Virus record (IMG/VR): IMGVR_UViG_3300013308_000020
Span: 1 to 64,000 of that record
Source: a virus
Taxonomy: Duplodnaviria; Caudoviricetes
DNA: 64,000 nucleotides
Reading direction: 5' to 3' (one strand)
Numbering within the stretch: position 1 is the stretch's first letter; each line of letters starts with the position of its first letter. A model generated the notes under the pieces. It did no database searches, had not been told where the DNA came from, and worked only from the letters and a program-made list of their open reading frames with translations. Positions 49,373 through 62,600 of the stretch are shown in pieces. The position numbers and the translations under genes are program-made.

Positions 49373-52300
49373 TCAATGTGCCGAAGTAGTTTCATCAAGG
49401 TCAGTATCAATATATCTACTAACATCTTTCCAAGAAGAAGCTAAAGGAACAGCTTGACCAAGAAGATAATTCCAACCTGGAATATCTCCCTTTTGAGTTC
49501 TCTTACCTTTAAGTAGACCTTCTATTAGAATATCTTTCATAGCCAAACTCGTTTTATATAACTTAGGTAAAGCTGAAGCTTGACTTTGAACAGAATTAAG
49601 AACATCCCAAAAGGCAATACCTTGAGATTGATCATCAGCAAGTCTTAGTAACTTACGTTGAATCATTTTCTCCCAATCAGTCATTTTATCATCATCATCA
49701 TCATCGTCTCCATGTAGAACTGCATTAGCAACATTCATACCAGCAAGGAATGTACCTGCTACCATTAGTTCTACAATACGTTGTCTCTGTTCTTGAGGCA
49801 TAGTAGACCACTTATAATTAGGATCATTCTGAAGTCTTAATGTAGCACCCAACCATTTTACTAATACTCTTGCACGACCTTCATTAATTCTAGCTATCCA
49901 AGTATAAACATCTTCTCCCGCTTCATTTTGACGTAGTTCATATCTACCTAAAGAGTCATCATTATATTTAGATTGACCCATACTTTCAAGTACGTTAGGT
50001 AAATATTTCTTAAACTGATTAAGTAATTGACCCATAGCTGTAAGGTCAAGAGAAGTTCTTTCATCTTGTCTATAACCACCATGTACTAATGAAGATACCC
50101 TTTTGAATTTACGAATCTCTTCAGCAGATAAGGCTGTAAGAGTTTCTCCATTAGCTAACTTCATATTACGATCTCCTACATATTGAAACTTACCATCTTT
50201 AAAATCATAAGAATCCCACATAGACATACTACCCATTTTATAATGATGTGCTTGAGCACCTAGTAGTGTAAGAGCAGCATATTCTTCACCTATAGAATGA
50301 AAGAAATAAAGGTTTGACCTATCTAATAGACTGTTTTTCTTAAATTGAAGTTCACTTTTACGTATAGCATAATCATAATTATCAGGTAGATAATCTAAAT
50401 GTTTAGCTAATTGCCAAAGTTTACTTTTCTCTTTCTGACCCATCATTGCATGGAATAAGAAATCAGCATAGTTTATTTGTGCTCTAGCTAAATGTCTTAT
50501 TGAAAAATCATAATCTTCAGGATTAGCACCAGGTAACCTCTTCGCAATAGAACCTACAATAGCTTTATTAGAGTTCATTACTACAATTAATCCAGCATTA
50601 AACATAGCAGGAATAGGTTTTACCCACATAGCTGACCATGATACCCAAGATTTTATTCCTCTTAAAACTTTATCAATAGATACTGTTTTCTTTTCTCCCT
50701 CATAAGTGAAAGTAATATGACGACTAGTCCATTTAGGATTTCTTTTAGTATCCTGAACATGAAGAAGTATTTGATCTTGTAGGAATTCAATAGTATTCTT
50801 GAACTCATTGCCTTCATTATCAGTCTTAGTTTTAAGCAACTCAACTATACCATCTCCTAAAGATTGCATATCATCTAATTCATCTTTCATAATGACATTA
50901 GATATGAAGTTCTTAAATGATATTTCAGAAGATAACGTATGGTTTTGAGACTTAATTATATTAGAACTACCCATAAATTTAAGTGGTAATCCTCCTTTTT
51001 GTTTATCATTAGGTTTATATTGATTTGCAGTAAAATCAGATAGTACAGAATTTATAAAATAATCCTTATACTCTTTACTCATTCTACCATTTCTTTCAAT
51101 AGCTTCTTCTCCTGTCATTGCATAACGAGGCATAAAGTCAGGGTCAAGTTCAGCAGGAAGTCCTTGTGCTTCAGCAATAGTTACAGCATGTTTACCTCTA
51201 TAGTGAGATATTTTACCTACTGCTTGTTTATATTCTTTCTGCATCGTTTCACGAATATACTTATTATATTCATATTGTGCTTGAGAATATTTACCACTAT
51301 CAACTTGCGCTTGAGTAATAACTCTAGTATAATAACCATCGTGAGTATCATCCTTCTTGTATTCATTCATGAACTCAAATACTTCTTGATATTTTAAAGC
51401 ATTAAGACCACCAAGAGTAGCTTTCTTAAGCAAGTCTTTCATTCCATGCTTATCGAAATACTCAGTATAAACTTTCTTTCCAAGTTCATCAAGATGCTCA
51501 TGAATCTCTCTTATTCTATCTCTACCTGATTTCTGTCTATTAGTTAGAATTTTTATAAAGCTTTTTATACGAGGATTCTTAATACTATTCATATTACCAA
51601 TCTTACGTTTAATCCAACCCATATCAGATATATCATCTGTAGTAGGATCTTCACCTAATTCGGCATTAACTTTAGCAACTTGGTCTACAAGTTGTAAACG
51701 TTTGGCTTCAGCAGCACCAATTTCAGCATAACTCTTCTTCTTATTTTCTTTAAGGTCTTTAATATAATTAGTATGTTCACGAAGTTCATTAGCCCAAAAA
51801 ACTTTCTTTTCAGCTACGGTCATGTTCTTAGTTCTGTCATCTACTAATTCATCATTATTACCTATATATTGAGTAGGGTCAAATAAACCTTGTGCTTTAA
51901 GTTGAGCATACACATCTAGTTTTTCATTAGCTGCATCAGCATAATAAGATTCTATCAAACCTAAATAAGGTTCAATATTTATCTCATGAACTTGAGTAGG
52001 GTTATTTTTAGATATTCCTACAATAGCAAGATCTTTATATCGTACAGTTTTATCCTTCATACTTTCTTTAAAAATCATAGCACGAAGAACTACTTCAAGT
52101 TTAGCTTTATTAAGCTTGGTATCAAGTATAGGTTCTATTTGATTTCTACCATACTTCATAAAGTTAGCATAAGTAGCATCTGATAATAAGTTACCAGTTT
52201 TCCAGTCAAATATAGAAAATAACCCTTTTGCATCTTGTACTAGAGTATCTATAGTTGTAGCAATACCCATCAACTTAGAAGCAATAGTAACTTCAGAAAG

Positions 52301-53647
52301 TACTTTATCTTTATCTTTAGGTTTAATTCCTTTCTGATAGGTGTTAATTCCTACAGCTTCAAATATTTCTCCTATCTTTTCTTCTACCCAAGAGTATTCT
52401 TCTTCATCAATAGCAAAGGATTCTCCTTTCTTACCTGCATAATATCCAGCTAAATCCTTAGCAATCTTCTCACTAGGTTTAATAATATTTTGAATAATAG
52501 CATGGACAATCTTACCTCTAATTCTCCAGTCAGTATTTTGCTTCATTCGCTTATACTCAACTAGTTCTTTATAGGTCATTGTCTTACCATCTACAGAAAT
52601 ATCTTCTGCAAATTGTTTCTTAGCTTTTCTATATTCCTCACGTGCAGCATGTTCTTCATAAGATAGATTAGGTTCACCTTTAGGATTATCATTACTATAC
52701 ATCTTATGTAAGACTTCTGTACCACGACCAAATTCAAAGTCTTTATTTACATCTGTATAATGAGTTTCATCAGGAGAAAGTTCATATCCTTTTTCTGCAA
52801 TATGTTGTTCTACATCTTCAAGAGTAGCTCTTTGCTGTTGAATATCTCTAGATATTTTACCTTTACCTTCACGTAGTTTACCACGTACCATATCCATAGC
52901 AAGTTTCTTTGCTACGTTAGGTTGAATACCTAGTTTCTCTCCGATTGCTCTAAAGACTCTACTTAACCAAAAGTTCCAACGTTTAACAGCTTCGGGATTA
53001 TCAAAAAGGTCAGCAGCTTCTACACCAATAGCAGTAGTAAGAATCTCTTTATCTAAAGCTCTTCCGCTTAGGTCAGGATATGTTTCTCTAACTTCATCTG
53101 CTAATTTACTATCTCTTAGTTGGTCTACTCCTTGCTGAATAATAGGGTCATCTCCTAGAATATCAATATAAACGTGTCCATATTCATGAGGTATAGTATC
53201 TTTAAATACCTTGTTAGGGTTTAGAGTAATAGTTGCACTTCTATCTCCTGTACCTTTAACATTAGCATTCTCACCAAGAGAGTTATCAAACTTCACATTA
53301 ACATCAATACCTGCATCAGCAAAGGTTTTGGTTAATCCTTCCATTTTTCTAGCTGAATCCTCAAGTGTATCTTCTTGGGTTCTCAGCTTATAGCTAGAAG
53401 AAAGAGAAGCATTAAGTGTAGCAAGAGTTGGTTGACCATTCTCATCAAGTTCACCTCTATACTTAGATGGAAAATATTCCCAATCACCATTCTTAGATTT
53501 AAAGGCAGATGTATAGATAAGATTATACATACGTATTGCTTCATTTCTTTTCATCCCCGATAAAAGAAGGTCGGTGAAGAGCTTGCTCTCCACCATTTCA
53601 CCTTCTTTATTCTTTATCAGGGGCACTAGATTACAAGTTGCGCCCAT
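49373..53647 (-). CDS. Giant putative ejected virion protein: zincin motif plus RecB-type PD-(D/E)xK nuclease
   Basis: HEYGH at 53174-53188; 'GKIVH', 'SEV', 'TIDTL' and 'FDWKTG' (52193-52207); adjacent to the vRNAP gene. Confidence 0.7.
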   Translation of the reverse strand: MGATCNLVPLIKNKEGEMVESKLFTDLLLSGMKRNEAIRMYNLIYTSAFKSKNGDWEYFPSKYRGELDENGQPTLATLNASLSSSYKLRTQEDTLEDSARKMEGLTKTFADAGIDVNVKFDNSLGENANVKGTGDRSATITLNPNKVFKDTIPHEYGHVYIDILGDDPIIQQGVDQLRDSKLADEVRETYPDLSGRALDKEILTTAIGVEAADLFDNPEAVKRWNFWLSRVFRAIGEKLGIQPNVAKKLAMDMVRGKLREGKGKISRDIQQQRATLEDVEQHIAEKGYELSPDETHYTDVNKDFEFGRGTEVLHKMYSNDNPKGEPNLSYEEHAAREEYRKAKKQFAEDISVDGKTMTYKELVEYKRMKQNTDWRIRGKIVHAIIQNIIKPSEKIAKDLAGYYAGKKGESFAIDEEEYSWVEEKIGEIFEAVGINTYQKGIKPKDKDKVLSEVTIASKLMGIATTIDTLVQDAKGLFSIFDWKTGNLLSDATYANFMKYGRNQIEPILDTKLNKAKLEVVLRAMIFKESMKDKTVRYKDLAIVGISKNNPTQVHEINIEPYLGLIESYYADAANEKLDVYAQLKAQGLFDPTQYIGNNDELVDDRTKNMTVAEKKVFWANELREHTNYIKDLKENKKKSYAEIGAAEAKRLQLVDQVAKVNAELGEDPTTDDISDMGWIKRKIGNMNSIKNPRIKSFIKILTNRQKSGRDRIREIHEHLDELGKKVYTEYFDKHGMKDLLKKATLGGLNALKYQEVFEFMNEYKKDDTHDGYYTRVITQAQVDSGKYSQAQYEYNKYIRETMQKEYKQAVGKISHYRGKHAVTIAEAQGLPAELDPDFMPRYAMTGEEAIERNGRMSKEYKDYFINSVLSDFTANQYKPNDKQKGGLPLKFMGSSNIIKSQNHTLSSEISFKNFISNVIMKDELDDMQSLGDGIVELLKTKTDNEGNEFKNTIEFLQDQILLHVQDTKRNPKWTSRHITFTYEGEKKTVSIDKVLRGIKSWVSWSAMWVKPIPAMFNAGLIVVMNSNKAIVGSIAKRLPGANPEDYDFSIRHLARAQINYADFLFHAMMGQKEKSKLWQLAKHLDYLPDNYDYAIRKSELQFKKNSLLDRSNLYFFHSIGEEYAALTLLGAQAHHYKMGSMSMWDSYDFKDGKFQYVGDRNMKLANGETLTALSAEEIRKFKRVSSLVHGGYRQDERTSLDLTAMGQLLNQFKKYLPNVLESMGQSKYNDDSLGRYELRQNEAGEDVYTWIARINEGRARVLVKWLGATLRLQNDPNYKWSTMPQEQRQRIVELMVAGTFLAGMNVANAVLHGDDDDDDDKMTDWEKMIQRKLLRLADDQSQGIAFWDVLNSVQSQASALPKLYKTSLAMKDILIEGLLKGKRTQKGDIPGWNYLLGQAVPLASSWKDVSRYIDTDLDETTSAH

Positions 53648-53649
53648 AG

Positions 53650-56600
53650 TTATTTACATAATTCGTCTAAGTCTACAATATCAGTTTCACTTAATTCTTC
53701 TCGATTAAAGTTAATAACTTTTCTACCATTATCCAACCCATAAGTTACTTTATCCGCACCTTCTCTATCTTCTAAAATCTTACTACCTCTTGTATAAGTT
53801 ATACTTTTAATAGTATAATCAAAAGCATTAAGTCTTTCAGAATCATTCAAAGTCCTTAAAGTAATTGTATCTTCAAGTTCAAAATGATTATATTTAGGAT
53901 CGCCTGAATATTCACTTTGGTCATTAGCTTTAGGAACACTACGAGCTTTAACATCTCTTTTAAAGGCATCAGCAAGACTATAACCAAAGAACATAACGTT
54001 TTTATCAAACTCATATCCTTGTTTACTACCTTTCTCTTCCCTAGCAAGATATTGATAATATACATAAGGATCTCCTTCTTTACTTGGTACTCTTACATAG
54101 GATTTCTCATAGTAACTTAGGAAGTCAGGGAAACCATTAATCTTAATCTCCTTAGTTAGTGTTGGGTCATTATCATTAGGTGCAGCAGCATCAGCTACTT
54201 GAGTTGTAGGTTCTCCTTGTTTTTCATCTAAACTAACTGTAGCTTCATCTTTATTATCACCATCAGGTACAGCTTGAGTAGTTTCAGAAGCTTTCTCATA
54301 CTCATACTTTAACTCATAGTTAACTCTTTCACCATTAGGAAGTATATCAAAACCTTGTTCGGGATAAATAGTTCCAGGTTTTTTGACAAACTCTTTATTA
54401 GTAGCAAGTTTACTAGGAAACTGTTTAGCAAATTTAGCTGCAAAGTATTCATTAAGATTCTTAAATCTCTTTTCAACTATCTCAGGCTTTCTAGCTTCTG
54501 TAGGACTAAGTAAAGTATTAAAGAACTTATTCATTGCTGTATCGAAATCTGCATAGACTTCGGCAGGTAGTAATAAGCTATAAGAACTTAGACCAAAAGA
54601 TAGACCTTGATTCAAAGCAGCATATTTAACAAAGTTATGCATAAAAGGAGTAAATTTACCATCAACTTTTAATTCATTAAAAGCTTTTTGTAAATCCTGA
54701 ATCTCAGCTTGTTCCATTGCAGCAGTAGTATTATATTCTACTTGATACATGTTCTTGCCTACTCCTAACTGTGGTGCTATTCTTATCTTACTTAAAAACT
54801 TATTAGCAGGATTAGCTTTTTGTGCAGCACGAACTTCTTCAACAAAACTTTGGTTGAAAGCATTAAGACCTACTAAATCTTTAGCTCCTTCTAATGGTAT
54901 TTGCTCATTCTTTTTATTTAAAGCAAATTGTTTAAATGTAGCATTAGAAGTATTAAAGTTAACAGTAATTCCATCAGATACATAAGATAAGCCTGATAAG
55001 AACATACGCATAATTTCATCACGTATCATTCTCTTATTCTTATTGATATTTGAATCTAATCTAATTCCAGTATGTCTAATTGCTGCTTCAGCAACCTTAT
55101 TTAGTTCCTCTCTATGTTTATAGAATTGATTATTAACAATACTACTAACTTTAATTAAAGAATGGTGTGCTTCTTTAATATGAGGTAAAGACATAATATT
55201 TATAGTACCTAAAAGCCCATCTTTAGCAGCTTTAAGATCATCAAATAAATCTACTAAGTCTTGAATCTCTTCTTGTGCTACTGGAAACTGTTTAAGTATC
55301 TTAGTTGCTTTAGCTACTTGACCTATATCTTCACCATTACTATTACCATTAATAAAATTAGTTAATGCTTTTTGCTGAACTATAAGCTCTTCTATAGTAA
55401 GTTTATCTATACTAAAATCTTCTTCATTTCCTTTTTTAATTAAATTATCAAGAGCCTCTTCATCAAGTTTAACATTATCTTTAACTGCATCTAATGCTTC
55501 AGGAGTAATATTACCAGCTTTTTCAGCAATAAGTGCATTTAATACTTTTACACTTTCTGATTGAGCAAGTTTCATATTACGAGCATCAGCAAGATTCTTA
55601 ATTACAGGAGTAAGAAAATGTTTAGATGTAGCTACAAGCGGCATACCAACAGCAAGCATACCAAAATAAGCTTTGCCAGTATTATTGGTAAGTTTGATAA
55701 TAGGTAGAATCTGTTCTTTAACGTTATCGAGAGCAGCATTTATAAGTGCATCAAAAGTATCAGAAACGTTGAAAGGTTTACCATTTTTCTGTTTCTTACC
55801 ACTCTCTTTAATAGTTAATTTATTATATACTTTACCATCAAATGCTAGCGTTTTTGTTTCTGAAACATAAGGAGTATCATAAACAATATTAAATTCATCT
55901 TCTACTTCTTTAAAAGCAGCTTCAGCTGTTGCACGGAATTCTTCATAAGTTATTTCACCCTTATTACTTTGTGTAACAGCCTTATTATAAATATCCATTG
56001 CTTTATTAAAAGCTTCAACCTTTTCAGGAGTTTTGAAACGTTTAATAATTTTTATTCTAGTATCAAAATCAGGTTTATAAGATTGAAGAGTATAAGAAAG
56101 ACCTCTAACTAAATCTGCAATAGCACCTACGATAGCAGTACCGCTAAAGTTATCTTGATGTATTTGCATTTGATCAATAGGGTCATTTAAGTCATACTCT
56201 TTTTCAACAGTTACACCTATTGCTTTTAGTTTACTAAATACAGATTCATTATCTTCCAAATCATTTAAACGATCCATACTAATAGGAGTCATCATACGCT
56301 CTTCATTTCTTCTAGCTGTAACTACTTCTAAGAATTTATCTACGATTTCATTCTTAATAGCAGAATCTAAAGCACCATCAAGCAAATTAATATACTTATT
56401 AATTCTTCTGATTTCCTCTTTATCATCTTTCTTATCTAGAATTTTCTTTCTTTCTTTAAGGTCTTTAATCTCTTTCTCCATTCTAGGTATAAACTTAGGA
56501 ATCTTTTCACCATCAAGTTTTCTACCTATAATAGCACCATGCATAAGCAAATCTTTATAATTAGCTCTTTGTGCATAGTCAGCTTTAGATTCTTTTTCAC

Positions 56601-59600
56601 CTTGTTTAGGAAGATATGGAGTTCTTCTCATAATGAAAAGAGCATCTATATCATAGTCACTACCATGAAGAATAGTAAGTTCTCTAGGAGCAATTACAAC
56701 GTTAGTTCCTTTACCATCATAGAATCCTACAATCTTAATAGGTAAAGCGGAGTGTAATTCAGTAGAAGGAATACGGAAAGCTAATGCACTTTCAAATAGA
56801 ATATCTCCCATTTGAAATTGGTCTTTATAGATATTATCCATAAGTACCTCTGCATACTGAACTTTCTTACCATCAACAGTTGTTTCTGTTCTGATTTTAA
56901 GTCTACGGCTTGATTTCTCTTTACCGCTTTCATCTATATACTTAATACCAAAGTCAGCTTGTAATGGTAATTTAGTACCATCATACTTAACTTGAACTGT
57001 AGCTTTAGATACAGTAGAAGCAATCTGAGTTACAACTTTATTAACTACAGTAGGAAAGTTAAGAGATAGTAAATAGTTACCATCTTTATCTTTAGCACTC
57101 ATGAAGTCATAAAGTCTTGCATCAGTAGCACCTAAAGAATCAAGGAAGAACTTTCTAAGTTTAGAAGCATTACCATTACCTCCACCTAGTTTCTGATTCA
57201 TTCTATTTAAACCTCTTCTAATTAACTTAGCATTCAGTTTAAACAATTCATTAGCAGCTTTACTATTTTTACCGTCAATATCAACAAAATAGGTAATCTG
57301 AGTAGGGTGAGCAGTTTCTCCTTCAAGAGTATGTACTGGATTTAACTGAATTCTCCAATTACTATTATCCAATTCAACTATAGAACGAGGGTCAATACCT
57401 TTTTGCTTTTTACCTTGAGCATCAGTATAAACATTTTCTTCGTTAATACCATGTCCAGTAAGGTTTTCAGGAGCACCAATTTTAAAAGCAGATATGAATA
57501 CATATTCATCTACTTTTTTATCATACATTTCTTGACGTAATCTAACTAATTCAGGGAAACGTTCAGAACCATCTTTATTATAAAGAAGTGCATCTGATAG
57601 TTCAATAGTACTATATTTCATACCTTGTGGTACACCTAATTTATTTAAAGCCCAGTATACTGGTTTCATAATAGCACCTAAAGCCATTTCTTTACCGAAA
57701 CCTTTTCTAATGTCAAGACCTCTTTCAGGAGTATGATAACCTTGAGCATCAGCAGCTTCACCTGTTTTACCATAGAAAGCTTGATGTTTTTTGAACTGTT
57801 TCTCAGTAATACCGAACATTATTTTCTTGGCAACAGCAACGGTAAACTTCTCTTTCATGAAGCCTTCATTGTTAACCATTCCACTATAACCCATCGCAAA
57901 TGCAATAGACATACGTTTAATTTGGTCAGCAGGATTTTTATAGAACGCTTGGTCTCCCATTACCAATTGGTTCAGGAAGTGTCCGTTCATATAATTGTTC
58001 TTCATCCATAAGTCCATTAAAGGTAGCAATTGTTCTTTAGTCAATTGATACTCTTTATTCTTTATAGACTGTAAACTTTCAGGTAAAGTATGTTCTTCTA
58101 ATAATGCTTTACCATCAGCAGTTTTGTATTTATCATCTATATGAGCAAGAAGTTTATTTTGAGTTTTATGAACATCATAATCTAATACAAACTTAGCATC
58201 AATTAGTTTATCTACTAATCTCTCACTTTTCTTCTCAATAGCTGCAAATACTTTATCTATTTTAGTTTCTAGTAACTTATTGAATTGAGATTCCTTACCT
58301 GAAATATCCATTGCTTCATATTCCTGAAGGTCTCTTAATTCAGTTATATCAGCTTCAGTTAAACCTGCAAGATAAGACTTATTATAGTTCTTACCATAAT
58401 TCTGAGCATCTTGATAAGGTCTCTCAACTTCTTGCATTACTGCTTGATAGATTACGTCCTTAATCTCACTAGACTTTTTAAGGTTTAATTCAGCACTATA
58501 AGGGGCAGGTTTATTTGATATAGTATAAAACTGTTGAATATATCTAAAACCTTTAGATGCTTTAGCATTACCAATTAAAGAAAGAAAAGTATAATTAATA
58601 TTACGATGTAACCATTGCTCAGAAGTCTCATTTTTATATGGAGTAGGTTTGTATTTATTATCCTTTTCCTTTATAGAATCATGGTCTACAAAACTATGAA
58701 TCTTATTATGAGCAGCTTTCTCACGTTTAGTTTTACCGTTACCCATAAGAATGTTTCTACGGAATACAGCAGATTCCATAAAATCCGGTCTATTTTCTAC
58801 AAAACCTTTAGTAAGATGAATAAGAGTATCAACACCAAAAGAACTATTTGTCCATTCATAACGTTTCTTACCATCACCTGATATATAAGATACTGGACGT
58901 AAATCCTCACTATCTTTAACAAGTAAATCTGTAAGATTCTCTATACGTTGATTAGAGTCTTTTAAGAATTGATCCCAAGTAAACGTAACCTTTTTCTCAA
59001 CACCTTCATTACCATCATCATCAATATCAGTTTTTGTTTCTTCTTTACCTACAGCTTCGACTTGTTGAAATAAGTTTTTAAGAGAAGCATGAATATTAAA
59101 TTCTTCACCTTTAACAATAGTAGGTTTAGGTAAACCTAGATAATGTATTAAGTCCTCAATATTCTTTGTTGTAGCTTCAGTACTATCATCTGCTGTTTCT
59201 AAGAAACGTTGCTTTAAAGCATCAGGAATAGTTGGTCCTTTAGTCATAAAAGCAGTTTCTACAGCAGCACGCATATTTTGTTTAGCACCTTGTTCACGTA
59301 CAGAAACATAACGATAACTAACACCATAGAATTCTCTTTTTTTCTGACTATCCCATTGGCTAGTAGCTCTAACAGCTATCATCACATTCTTTTTACGTTG
59401 TGAACCAATAGATTGACGTATTTGAGTTAGAACTTCTTTTGCTACTGCACGTTTATATTGAAGATTAAGTCTTTCATTATTAACTACATAACCTTCTTTT
59501 TCTAATGCAGCTGCAATAGATTTCATGAAAGCAACAGAAGTCATTTTACCTCTTGATACAGATGAAGTTTTATCCATTGCATTCTTAAAGATAAATACAT

Positions 59601-62600
59601 CATCATTTTGGAAATCATAACCTATCTTATCAAAAGTAGGTAAAGGTTTACCATTAGCATCACTATTATCATTAGCTGTAGTTATTAAGTCTACAACTTT
59701 ATCATAGATAGCAGCAACTTTACGATTAGATGTTTTAGTAGGACCAAAGTTAAGACCTATTTGTTCTATCATTTTACCTAAGTCTTTGGTAGTTACACCA
59801 ACAAAACCTTCAAGTAATTTGATATAGCCCATACGAGGGTTAACTATATTACCTCCTTCATCTACAATAGTAGCTAAGAAATCTTTAACTCCGCGTTTAA
59901 CAGCAGATTCGTTATCTATTCTATCTGATTCAATAATATCTTCGTAAATACTACCATCAGTTTGAGCATCTTCTATTTCTTGTGCTATTTCTTCATCAGT
60001 CTCAGCAAGATTTTCAGTAAACTCTTTATTACCTAAGTATAAAGTAGGATAGATTTCTCTTAATAAATCTTTAGATTTACGAGGGTCATTAAGAATAGTA
60101 TAAAGTTCTTTACTAAAAATATCATCTTCGTCAGGTTGCTCTCCTTCTTCTACAGTTTCAGCTATTGATTCAGTATAAAGGTCTAAATAATATTTAAATT
60201 CCTCACGTAAATCATTAATAGCTTCTTCAAAAGGCATAGGAGTAGCTTCTTTCATATTAGAGCCGTCCTTATTAAGATTTACTTTCTTTAAAGCTCCTTC
60301 TTCATCATCCCATTCAGTAGCATTTAATCTATTAGACATACCGCTAGTAACTAAATCTCTAGCTTTTCTGTAATGGTCAGTAGTTAAATAATCTTCACGG
60401 ATTTTAACTAAATTTCTAGTTGCATCTTCTACTACTTCGCCTTCTTTATCAAGTAGACCTGCATCCATAGCATCAAATAGACTCTCAATATTATCGAAGT
60501 TAGCTTTATATAAACCTAACCAGTTTAATATTTTCTTGAATCCGTTTATTAATGCAAGAGATACAACACCTCTTTTAGTAGTCCAGTTCTGATATTGTTC
60601 TGCTAACCATTCTTCAACACGTACAGGAGTAATATGTTCAAGTGCAGGATTAATACGTCTAGCAGTTTTAATTAATTTTTCTCTTTCTGCTTCAGTTAAA
60701 TGGTTATTAAAGATACGGTGAAAAGCTTCATGTCTAATTACTTTATGATATACACCTTCTGCACCTTCAAGAAGATAAATAATACCTTCTCTGAAATGAC
60801 CCCAAGCAGCTCTACCATCAGTAAGTTTAAGCATTACTGCTTCTGATACAACTTTAACATCTTCCTTTCTAATAGAAGGGATAATCTTACGAACTAAATC
60901 ATAAGGATTTTTAACTAAATGTCCTAAAGAAGTACCACGTTCTTTAAGTAATTCTCTTTTATTTCCAAACTTTTGTTTATTCTTAGCTTTTGCAAGATCA
61001 GCTTTCTTTTTTGCTTTAATCTCTGCCGGAGTTAGAACATTCTCATTAACTATAGCTTCTTCTTCTTTAGCCTTTTCAGCTTTATAAGTTTCATCTATTG
61101 CAGAGATTTCATTTTTAGTATAATCGTAATGGATACTACCTTTAGTATTATCAGTAATATAACGATTATCATCAATTATAGTATCTCCATACTTATGTGC
61201 CCTGTCCATCTTATTCTTATCTGATTGTCCAGTTAGAATTTGAGCTACAGGAATACCTAAAAGATCAGATAGATATTTAACTCTACCTTTACCTGAAGTT
61301 ACTATATGAATATCTCCTTTTTTGATAGAACCATCAGCTAATCTTTTAAGAAGTAGTTTACCTAATTCAGTAAGTTCTACTTTAGCTAACATGTTATCTA
61401 CTTGCTCTTCATAGATACCTTTCTCGAAGAAGAAAGCTTGCTTCTTACTAGCAGAACTATGTTCAAAATCTAGTTTCTCAACAGCTTCAGAAGTCTTAAT
61501 GATAGTATCATCTACATCTATAAGTAATTTCTTACCTCTAGGTAGGAATTTATCAAGTTCTTCTTCTTTAACTTCAGCAGCAGATTTAGCTTTAGGTGCA
61601 GCAGGTTTAGGTGCAGCTTGAGTTTCAGCAGGTTTAGTTACCTCTCTTTCTTTTCTAGCTGACGGTCTCTCAATCGAGATTGCTGATGAAGCAACTTCTT
61701 CAAAAGTATCATTAATATAATCAGAAACATTAGCAAGACTAGTACCTTCTGATTCACTATTCTCTTGAAAGTGTTTAATATCTAAAGGAACATGAAGAAG
61801 TGAAGATTTACCTTCTCCATCAAATTGCATTAACTCTTTTAACTGTTCTAAAGAGAAAGTTTCACCTTGTTCAATTAATAAACCTTTAGCAAAAGATTCA
61901 ACAGTGAAACCAATACCGTTACGATTTGGAATCTTTTTGTAAACTCTAATAGGATATCCATTAGGATTAGCATTAGCTTTTGCAATAGCATTAAGAGCAA
62001 TTTGAGCAGGTCCAGCTACACGTTTCTCTACAGCAACTCTTTCAAGATTTTCAATAGGAACAATCATAATTGTACCATCAGAAGCTTTCACTTGTGCAGA
62101 TGTTACTTTATTGTCCTTTTCAATAAGTTTAACTACTCTTGCATTACCATCAAACATTTTATTGTCTGATGTATCTTTTACATGGTGATTTTGTTTAATG
62201 TCTTTAGAATCTTTGAAACGTTCTAATTCTTTACTATATACAAGGTCATGTAATTTATCTCTTGCATCTAAGAAATCATTAAAGTTTTCAGTAGTTACTT
62301 TAGGTAATACACTACCTATTATTTTAAGTAAATATTCATCGTCAGCTTTAATGATTTCACTATATTGAGGAGTACCAAATTCTATACCCTCCATAAAATA
62401 ATCCATCTCTTCAATAGCAGCTATTAACTTCTTAATAGGTCTAGTATATTTAGAGTGTTTATTTTCATCAAGGAAAGCAGGAGTTAAACGGATAAACTGT
62501 TGCTTACTAAATTTAGCAGAACGAGTAAGATTATCAAGTACAAGATAAGGCACACCTGCTTGAGGAGTAAAAGGAATTTCCTTACCCTTATCTTTATAAC

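Larger units (their letters stand above)
1924..61662. repeat. Dispersed ~20-bp motif YCTYYYYYWTTTMTAGCTGA, 10 copies
   Basis: Core at +9005, +21330, +29351, +37006, +43976, +53346, +61652 and -1924, -13606, -45319. Confidence 0.8.

Noticed and set aside
1924-61662. TTTMTAGCTGA as a strictly replichore-polarised (KOPS-like) signal or a peptide artefact
   Set aside because: Copies at +9005 and -45319 break polarity around 17.9 kb, and copies occur in different frames, on both strands and in intergenic DNA. The motif is retained as a finding; these two explanations are not.
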